A stretch of 64,000 nucleotides of DNA from Lama guanicoe. Taxonomy: Eukaryota. Position 1 is the first letter of the stretch, and every line of letters begins with the position of its first letter. A model generated the notes under the pieces. That model had not been told where the DNA came from. It ran no database searches and saw nothing but the letters and a program-made list of their open reading frames with translations. Below are positions 54,287-64,000 of the stretch, one piece after another. Position numbers and translations under genes: made by a program. The DNA is taken from assembly GCA_013239625.1 (NCBI GenBank), contig MU053652.1, positions 3,585,902 to 3,649,901 on the forward strand, given 5' to 3'.

Positions 54287-54295
54287 GTATCCTTC
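54287..54295 (+). other. UBE2H: U12-type 5' splice site (GTATCCTTC) of UBE2H intron 1
   Basis: Matches the RTATCCTT minor-spliceosome donor consensus exactly where UBE2H protein similarity stops. Confidence 0.92.
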
Positions 54296-57200
54296 GTGGA
54301 GGGGGGATCCGGGCTGTATGTGGGGGGCGGTGTGGGGATGCCCAGGGCAACCCCTGAAACCTAAGCAGGGGCCCAGGGGCACTCCAGGCCACTGTCCGAG
54401 GCTTCCTGCCTCCTCTCCCTCCCCCCAGTGCCTACGGAGGCTCCTTGGCACCTCCCAGGAGCCGAGAGCCTTCTCAGCTCCCCCTTTATCTGCAGCGCCC
54501 CGAAATTTGGTGGTTCCACGCTCTTTCTGCACCCCTAATGCTCATGACTTTTATCCACGACGTTTTGACTCCCAAGACGACAGGACCGGCCACCTCTTTT
54601 CACTAGCGAGCCCACCTTTTTCCTGTTTGCTCTCCCTGGATTTAGGGACTCGAGATAGAAATTCCCAGGAGTGAAGCCTTTCTCCTTTTCTTGAAATGCC
54701 TCCATTCCCTCCACTCACAATGCTTCTTGAACTGGGGTAACTCAAGTGACCTCCTTTATCCCTAATTCCTTTCTATATTAGGAAGAGAGTAGTCTGCTCG
54801 GTGCACCCTCTTGCAATAAAGAGCTCTGAGTGTTTTAAATCAGAGACCCTTATTAAGGTCTCTGGTCCCTAGAAGAACCCCACTGTTTTTCTTTGCACCG
54901 ACAAAGCCTATCCCACCCATAGTTGTATGTGATGAGGACCCCCAGGCCCTCCAGCAAGCCACCCTCCATATTGTGGCAATGACAGCTAGGGGGAGGGAGA
55001 GAAAGAGGATCTCCTTGACAAAATAGCCCCTGTACTAACCACTTAAGCAAACTCCCTGTATGGGGATAAGGTTTTGCGGGAATAATTGCCCTGATCTTGC
55101 CAAGTGACACCCTTTATTTTCCTACCCCCCGCAACTTTATGTACTCTGGAGGTAGCAGTGGGTAAGCTATAACTGATAAGAGTCCTTCAGGCAGTGGTTT
55201 TGGTTGGAGTCCAGACTGATTATTTCATGACCAGCTAGAGAAATTCGCGAAGGTTCCTGTGACAAATCGAGACATTTTTTGAGGGGTAATTTAGAGGGTG
55301 GGGGGAAGAGAGGAAATGAGCCCAGTGTTCTGAACAACTAATCCCTGGGGAGAGGGGGAACCGGGGGTGGGGAGTGGTAGTGTGTGAAACGCAGTTAAAA
55401 AGTCCTGTCTTCTGCTTCTCTTTCTCCCTCACCCCCATCCCCCCACCATTTCCCCCTGTTGCAGGGTTTTGTTTATATAACTCAAGTTGTTTGGCTAGAT
55501 TCTTCAGGTGAATTCCTTCTTTCTTCCTTTTATTGTTCCTGTTTTTGATTGGATGTTTTACCTCTTTAAAGAGATCGATGATTATTGTCAAATACTCAGT
55601 TATGGAATTCGCTGAAGTTTTTAAAAAGTAGTTTTTGCATTCGGTTTGGAAGTGGGGGATGGGAGGGAAGTTTCCTGGGCAAGTGATTTTTTTTCCCCCA
55701 TAATCTTTTCAGGAATAAGGTGTTTTTCTCTTCGCTCAGGAAAACTTGATTAGAAATTAGGCACAGAAGAGGAACTTCTGAGTTTTAGGGTTTGAAGTTT
55801 AGAATTTTGGGGGATATAGGAGTGGGGATTGGAAAGAGGAACGAGTAATAAAGTATGTATTATGTACCAAATATATGTCTAGGGACAAGTGAAACTGACT
55901 GTAAGCTGTTTGTGGCCGTGATTGAGTTTTGTAAATGTGTAAATGATACCAGTAATGTTGGCTTTTCATAAGGTGACAGGAAAACTTGTAACTATGGCTG
56001 TGTGTACATTTTACACAAAGCAGTTTCGGGTTTTATTTTTGTTTAGAAACTAGGAAATGACATGGTGGCAGAACCTGAGTTATTTTTATCTTGAATTGAG
56101 ACTTACTGTCACACCTAATGCAGATTTCTACCTAATGTTTAATTGGGATGGGGGTGGGAGAGAGAATTCTAGCTGTCTTTGATCAATGTCAGATTCTCAA
56201 ATTATATACTTATATATTTTTAGAAGACTGAGGATAAAGGGTGAGGCCTAACTTGACCTGATGCCTTTTCCATACAGTGCCTTTTGTTCATTTAGTAGTT
56301 GTGGCATCTAGAATGATAATCGTATTTAGGAGTGGGGTGTGGGGGGTGGAGAGGGAGAGGAAAACAGACAAAGAACAGCAGGGTGTCTTTCTTTTTTTTC
56401 TTCCCCTAAGTGGCTTATTTCATAGCTTATTTTTAGTAGAAGATGAAGAAAGGCAAAGATACATTGGCCTTCTGTTCTTTCCCCACCTTCCTCCTTTCTG
56501 ACAAAAGAAACCAGAGGCGCTTTAAAATCGTGGGTGTCTGAGATAGGAGAACAGTCTCGGGATTTAAGAGCCAGATGTTATCTTTGTTTCGGGTTTGTTA
56601 TTTTCTGGTGTAAGTTAAATTTTCTGTTATTTCCTTTTGTGTGTGTTGTGGGGGTGAGAGATTTTGTGGCCTCCTTTCTCTGTTGAATTCACATTAGTAG
56701 GCCCAAATGGAGACCACAATTTTTGAGCAAGGTGTATTTAGCAAAACATTTAAGGAAAAAATTCCCCAACCCACTACTAAAATGAATACACTTGTGTGGA
56801 AATGCCGAGGGTTGAAAATGAAAGATGGTGGAGAGGAAGTAGGAGAGGTCTGAAGGAATGTACTTGCTTTTTGCCCCTCAGTGCCCCTTGATGATTTCTT
56901 TGGTGTGGAAGCTGATAGCTGGTTTCATTGCAACCTCTTGTTTCAGCCCATTTTTGGATGTCTCCTGAGCATAATTATGCCACCACGATTTACAGCCTGG
57001 CAGGGAACCTATATAGTAGGAAAGTAGCGGTGTGGGGGTAGGGAGAGAAAAGGATGTGTAACTAATTGGCCACTGCCTTCCACCCCTAGTTAGGTTTTTT
57101 CCGAGACACCGTCTCTGGTTGTTGTTTGGAGCCAGTGATATTTCTTTTGTGATGGGTTGGTAGGAGGAGAGCTGACTCCCAAGTTATGCAGGGAGTGAGT

Positions 57201-59493
57201 GTTTTGCACCAATGCACTTAATAATCTGCTGGGCGATTATGTTCTGAAACTCTGACTCATTCATTGTTTCTTTTCTGATCCTTTGCTAAGGGTTGTGCAA
57301 ACCTCTCCAGGAGCCTAGAAACTGATGTACATGACTTTTGGGCCCCGTAGGAATGTGTCCCAATCAAAAAACTTGCAGTGAACCCAACTCCTGTGGAATG
57401 GTGGGTTGAATAGTGTTGCCATTTGTTTGCAAAGTCAGGTAGATGGGTGATACTGTGCAGTTCCCAGCCTGGCAAGCTTTGAGGTTTCCATCTCAAACCC
57501 GGCTGATTATTTGGATTGTCTGAGAACTGGGACTCTGGTGACCTTAAAGCGTGATTTGCCCTAAAGGAATATCGGTTTAAGTTCTCCTGGGTGGAGGAAC
57601 AAACAGCTCAGATTACACAGGTTTCCTTGTTAGTGGGGGTTACTTGTCTCACCCTGTTGCACAGCCTAGTGATCCTTTTATCTGTGAACCAGTGGCCCCT
57701 GCTGAAGGCTAGAGCTGCTTGTTTTGGAAAGCGTATGCAGGCAAAAGGCCACAGGCACAGCTCCTCACAGCTCATTGGCTGCTCTGTTACTACCCGGAAA
57801 AGGAGGAGGGGCGGAGCTACCAAACAGCTGATGGAGTGTGTGACCAGAGTGTGTTTACATACAAAAGAAGTAGGGGCTGGGGAGGCCTTGCGAGTGGTGT
57901 TACTGGATCAAGCATATTTTCAAGGGGTAAAAAGAGGAGAGGAAAACCTGACCTGGGAGAGTACAAGATGTGTTCAAGAAAAGTGGATCTGATAATAATG
58001 GGGGCTTGGCCTACACTGTGTGTGTTACTCGTGTGAGATTTTGGAACTTCTATAACACCAAGAGTTTTCAGAGTCCCTTTTTCAGAGGGAGTGTGGTTAC
58101 TTGAAACAGGATAGCCACTGCTTTAAATGTATTTAAGTGACGCCTGCAGGGATTCAAAAGTATGGCAGAAGTGTAAGTTTCTCTTGCAGAAGCTTCAAGA
58201 GTAATGGTTAGAGAGGAACAATGTCTTATGCTAAAGTCATTAACAGCATTAGTGAATCTTACAGGATCCTGGGTGACTGCCTTAGGGTTTCAGAAGCTTT
58301 CAGTAACAAGTTCATCCCCTCAGATGTTTCTGCACCCTGTTTGTGCCAAGCTTGGGGTGGCAGATAGATGCTGGGGGTTTAGTAGTGAAAAACTCAGTGT
58401 GTGTGGTCATGATGCTTATGTAACTAGTTAAAGAATTTTTTAAACGTCAAAGTACAGGCTTTTTATAGCAGGTGAGCACTGTATGTATCATTTTGTTTTT
58501 TGAATAACTTGTATTTACTTTGAGAATTGACTTTCCAAAGAATAGAAAGGTTAAAGTGACTTTTACATGATGGGATGTATGGGGATCTATATTCCTGTTA
58601 GTTAAAAAACTGAAACAAAAACAAACATTAAAATGAGTAGCCATTTGTCTTTGACTTCAACTTCAGTATTTTGCTGTTAATCGGTAGTTTTTCTATCCCT
58701 AGGTTGATAGTCTTTGTTGCTCTTTAATTTGTGCTCAAAGTGTAGACTGTTCTGTAGTCTTTTAACTAACTCCAGTGACAGTTGGGAACCAGTGGTTTGC
58801 CTTTTATTTCCTGTGGCCTCTGTTTTAGTGGGATGAGAAGGAAGGTGGAACAGTTTTATGGTCTTCAAGCTTAAAGTTAAATCTTTGGCAACTCCCAGTG
58901 TTCTGAATTCGTCTTCTCTGCCTAGATTTTGGTGACAAATATAACATACTGGTACTTATTTTGGTTAAGCAGAACGTACATGAGTAAGCATTCACAGCTT
59001 CAGAACATCTGATTCCTGCAATGCAGTTCTAGTAAATTACACACAAGCCTAAAAATTCAGCTTTTAGGGGAGAACAATCTTTTGCAGATGTGATCCATAA
59101 AAATCCCTTACCCTGGTTTGTGTGTGTGTGTTTTAAGAACCTGGATTTGTTGGCTTTCTAGTGTTGTGCAAATTCCCCAGCACCTTGACCTGCATTTTAT
59201 ATCTATGTATGTATATAATTATATATATATATACATATATATTTTTAATTTAGTATCTTGTTTCAGTCTTAACAGATCTGATGGTTCTAAGAATCATTGG
59301 ATTTTTAGGCATACAGTTCAGTCCTGCAAAAGTGCTTATAGTGTCATAGCTTTAAAAACTGTAGACCTACGGTGTACATTTTAGTAAAATACTAAAAAAA
59401 CTTAATTGAATTACACAAGTAGTAAGGTAATTGAGAAAAATAAAGGTTACAGAAACAGAAAGAAAACAGTCACCCATAATCCTATCCTTTATA

Positions 59494-59682
59494 CAGTGGT
59501 TTCTCACACTTTAGTGTGATCTTAATTACCTGGAGCATTTGTTAAAACAGGTTGCTAGGTCCTACCCCTGGAATTGTCCAGTTCAGTAGGTCTAGGATGG
59601 GGCCTGAGAACTTGCATTTCTGACAAGTTCCCAGATGATGCCGATGCTGTTGGTCCAGGGACCACAGTTCAAGAACCATTGT
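59494..59682 (-). mobile_element. MER5A-type MITE in UBE2H intron 1
   Basis: cagtggtttctca ... ggtccagggaccacagttcaagaaccattg termini. Confidence 0.85.
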
Positions 59683-61254
59683 CCTCTAATGTTAACATTA
59701 TGGTGTTTTTTTCTTATCAGTCTTGCCTGAATATATATTTTTTCAACCTGCTTATCATGCTGTATGTGCTGTGTTTTTGCTTAATATTTTTGCAACAATT
59801 TTTCCCAGTTAAAAAGTCAGGTGGATAGCTCGTGTAATATGCCTTTCCAGGCCTGTACCATTGATTTAATTCTTTGCTTTATTTTCCATGATAAGTAAGA
59901 TTGAAATTAACATCTTGTACATAAGGCTTTTCTTACATTATTTGGATTATTTCTATTTCCCATAAATGGGATTCTAGATCAAAGAAGGCAAACTTTTGAA
60001 TTAAAATATTTAATTAAAAATCTTAGGGTTAGTGGGCTCTCACTTTGTTCTGTTGCATTCTAGTTGGTGTCATTTCAACACTGAAGCAGTCAGCCTGTCA
60101 TAGTGAAGAAAGATGAGTTCTGATCTCTCTTTAAACTTTCATGTTTTTTGTGATAATGGCGATTCTTAAATTAGGGATACTGCTCGAAGTACCTACTGTG
60201 AGTTGGTAGGTTATACATATATTCATGAACAGATAGATCTGACTGGCAAGAGCTACAGAATTAGTTTTTATATTTTGAGTTTTTTTCCTTTTGTTTTTTA
60301 TTGAGGTATAATTGACGTAAAATGACTGTACATATTTCAAGTGATACATTTGGTAAGATTCAACATAAGTATCACCTATGTCACCTATCACCACGATCAA
60401 GGTAGTGACCATATTCATTTTCTCTAAGTTTCTCTTGCCTCTAGGTAGTCTTTCCCTCCTTCCCCTGCATAACCATTGATCTGATTTTTGTCACTGTAGA
60501 TTAGTTTGCATTGTCTAGAATTTTATATAAATGGAATTATACAGTGTGTACTCTTTTTGTGTGAATTCTCTGTACTTTTGTGAAAAGGTAAGCACACTTT
60601 ATGTTGATGGTGCCCTTTTCTTTTTGTAAAGTATTGATAAAGAATTTTTAAACATTAGTTTTACTTAGCACCTCCAGTTACGTTTACAGCATTTGCAAAT
60701 ATTTACACAGGACTCTGTTAAGGTTTAAATAGTATCGTCAAGTTTCATGTGGACTAAACTCAGATAAAAGGGACCAAATAGCAACTCAGTGGCAGAACTG
60801 GAAACAGATTCTGATAGTTAGGGTATCTCTTAATATGTTTTCCTGGAATCTTTTTTTTAAAGTTAATTTTTTGTGTGTTTTACTTTTTGACATCCTATGT
60901 GAATTATTTGATTAGTTAATTAATAGACATTGCCATAATAAGAAATTACACATTGCTTTGTAATAGTTGTTATTATCACATTCTCGTAAATTATGAACAT
61001 TTGAATCTCTGTGTAGGTGTTTACATGCATGTTGCTTAAAAAGTTAACACCTTATTACTGACAGTTGGAATTTTTAGCTTGGCTAACAAGATGAAAGATA
61101 ACCCCATTTCATGTTGGAGTCAGTGGCGGTTTATTTGGTGGCTAGACTTTGGTTTGGTCCTCAAACACGAGGATGGTGCTCTGAGCATATATATTAGAGT
61201 GTATTATTTCTAGATTGCCAAAGTGTAATTCAAGTGCAATGTAGAAATTTTATT

Positions 61255-61384
61255 TAATTTTATTTTATTGGTGGGGAGATAATTAGGTTTACTTATTTAT
61301 TCTTAGAGGAAGTACTGGGGATTGAACCCAAGACCTCAGGTATGATAAGCAAGGGCTCTAACCACTTGAGCTGTACCCTCCCCC
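61255..61384 (-). mobile_element. tRNA-derived SINE (vic-1-like) in UBE2H intron 1
   Basis: taattaggtttacttatttattcttagaggaagtactggggattgaacccaagacctc...gagctgtaccctcccc. Confidence 0.85.
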
Positions 61385-64000
61385 TAGAAGTCTTTTAAAC
61401 ACCAGGAAGTCAGTGTGGACTTTTGAGAGGCTGTTGTTACCTTAGTGATTCTCAGGTTGGGTATGAGAAGAATTGTTACATGTTTATGGGGGTCCTGAGG
61501 TTATGGTAGTTTCTTCTCTGTACCTCACCAGATGCTTGAGAAAGGTGGCTGGTTGTTGCAGGCTGGTGTTCATGGTGGCATCTGTCCATGCCTGGCAGAA
61601 CCCAAATCCTCAAGAGCTAGGAGTGGAAAGCCCCGCGGAGCAGTTATTTATATGCACATGAGGGATGAAGGATCCTTATGCCTTCTCCTGCTTTTTAGAT
61701 ATCTAGGGCTTTGAGTAGGTGGTTTAAATAGGTGCTTCTGATCTTTTGACGTGGCCCTCCAGAGAAGTCGTGGAGAAGTAGGAAACTCATGTGAAGTGGA
61801 GAGGTTTGGCTGGATTTGGTCATCCTGAGGAAGGTAAGCATGGCTGGTGGGTCTATCTTTGGGTTCACAAAGGTGTCTGGACTGTAGCACTTGGAGGAAC
61901 CATATTTAGGAATGTAGAATATTATTTAATTGATAGGGAATGGAATCTTTATGTCTTTTGTTCAACTTCCTGGCTTCTAACTTTTAAACTACTTTTAGGG
62001 AGGTATTATGTATCAAAGTAAGTAAGAGATAGTCCTTGCATGTATAATTATTATTAATGTTGTAGATTATGCATTTTCTTTTTAGTATTAGGCAAAATGT
62101 TTCTTTTTCCTTGTGTTGTGTTTTTTATCTTGTACACTTTTCAAGGTTTCTTGGACTATAAAATCTTAGTTGAGGTAATATAAATAGAAAATTAGATACA
62201 GTCTGTGCCTTGTTTGTGTTACCTCAGAAGCAATTGGGTTACTACTCAGCTTAGTGAATGTAAATTTAGTTTTGTCCAAATGGTGCCAGTATAACTTTGG
62301 TTATCTGGATATTGCTTTTTAATCAGTTAACTTTCTATTGTGTAGGCAGTTCTGAAAGGTTGATTAATTAAAAAATTTGGGTAAACATTTTCATTGTAGT
62401 GTCTTATCTGCAGAAGATTGATTCAGTTAGAATTCTGTCTGTAAGAATTCACCAGGTGTGATATAGTTAGATATATTGTTTTATGGTCTTTTAGCCTACT
62501 GAATGTTAGTACCCTTTTGCTAATCTATTTATATAAATCTGTAAATAAATTAGTAAATGTCTTTTTGGCAACAGAGCTTGAAAACTATATCACACTGTTT
62601 GTTTCACTCCGAAGGAAAGAAACTGGATTTACTTTTTTCCATTAACAAATGGTCACTTTTATATAACCTTGAGGGTCCCCCAACTGGGAATTGGTGCTTG
62701 GTCAGGTCACTAATCCAGACTAAAGCTCCTACAATGAAATCATTCTGTGATGTAGAACTTGGACATTTTGGATTTTTTTTTTACAAATTATATTTACATT
62801 GAAATGGATGAACACAGGAGGGAAATGTATTTTAAATGCTTCTGGCATTTTCTGACAAGAGGAGTTAAAACTTTAGCTCTTTATCTTAACTTGGTGGCTG
62901 ATCTCAATGTTGCTTTAGAGTATATTTGAGTAAATATATTGAAATGTGGAACATAATTTATGTTTGATAACAGAATCACTGATGTTGGCAACATAATTTG
63001 ACATCATTAGCATCTGTCTTTTTTTTTTTTCTAATGATTTTAGCATCTTACCAACTAATTCATTCAATTCCCCACAGCCACCATCTTGATAATAAGCAGG
63101 GAAAAAAACCCCTCCATTTCACCTTTCTGTTCATTTGTATCCTTAGAGATTAGAAAAACAAAAACAAAATACTTTTAAGTCAGATTTGTTTTATGAGTGG
63201 CAGAGGAGAGGAAGTAGACCTTTGAGTGTGTTCTTTTGGTCTGATTATCTGGATTGCTTCCCATTTCTCCTGGGGGTAAGGAAAGGCTGCTCTTGAATGC
63301 TGTCTTTGATTGTCAGTTGACACACATTTGAGTATACCTGTATTGAGTCATTCACCCTTTTGTGAACACTCACTTGCTTTTATGTTTTCTTTCTACAGGC
63401 TCTTGGATTAGAACAGTTAGATACCAGATTCTGTCTGTCTTTGAGTAATTAATGTGGCTTTTCCTTTGAGATTTAGCCAATAGTTTTATAACATGTTAAC
63501 CATAATATATCAGGAAGACTATTGGTAGCTCATAAAGACTAATTTCATTTCATATATTTCAGTCTATATGTCTGTTTTCTATTAGTGTGCCTAGCTTATA
63601 CTTTGACTAATTTCTAGAAATCCAACAAGAGAATTAAATTTACTGGCAGGAAAGTACACAAGTAAACCTTTAGATAGAAGGTATTTCCAGATCCTTTACA
63701 GTATCTTATATTCAAGCTTAATTAAAAAAAAAAGATTCTTTTTTTTAGAAGATTGAAAGTCAAGAGTCTACTTGGCCTATTTCACTTTGTGCAGTTTGGC
63801 AATTATTTGTCCAACTTACTTATGCTAAAACTGTATAGTTGTTTACAACTTTGATATACATTCTCTGAATATAAAAATAGGCTATGCCTTAGATTTGCCT
63901 TAACTCTGTTCAGTAAAGTGAGACATGATGGAACTTGGCACCTGAATTTAATGTTCTTAAACTTATAAAGTCCTGATCTCTCCTTGGTTTTGGGTTTTTT

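Larger units (their letters stand above)
53680..54520 (+). promoter_or_regulatory. UBE2H: CpG island: UBE2H promoter, 5'UTR and exon 1
   Basis: Abrupt rise in GC and CpG content against a CpG-poor background; GC box at ~53750-53760; no TATA box seen. Confidence 0.9.

Noticed and set aside
53847..54674. 275-aa ORF as a standalone gene
   Set aside because: It starts at GTG and runs through the GC-rich 5'UTR, the 53 coding nt of UBE2H and then intron 1. Only MSSPSPGKRRMDTDVVKL is recognisable protein.
63368..63450. Strong acceptor-like site (ttttctttctacAG at 63398) as UBE2H exon 2
   Set aside because: The downstream sequence does not encode the expected UBE2H continuation (IESKHEV..., from memory), there is no U12 branch site, and only weak donors follow.
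1..64000. CRISPR array, operon or prokaryote-type defence system
   Set aside because: The sequence is intron-containing mammalian DNA, and no regularly spaced repeat-spacer structure was seen.

Overview
Mammalian genomic DNA, probably camelid judging by vic-1-like tRNA-derived SINEs, and syntenic with the human ZC3HC1-UBE2H interval. The + strand carries the last eight coding exons of ZC3HC1/NIPA (1563-11888; exons 3-10 by human numbering). About 41 kb of repeat-rich intergenic DNA follows (L1, L2, MIR, MLT/LTR16, MER5, SINEs, microsatellites, one strong CTCF motif). The window ends with the CpG-island promoter, exon 1 and the first ~9.7 kb of intron 1 of UBE2H. Both genes show minor-spliceosome (U12) signals: an AC-terminated acceptor with a U12 branch site in ZC3HC1, and a GTATCCTT donor in UBE2H. 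A well-formed U2-type 43-nt candidate exon sits inside the UBE2H U12 intron, and a GATA1/TAL1-type composite element lies ~3 kb upstream of UBE2H. I found no convincing evidence of a wholly new biological system. Most ORFs in the supplied track are spurious. Repeat family names and boundaries were assigned by eye and are approximate.
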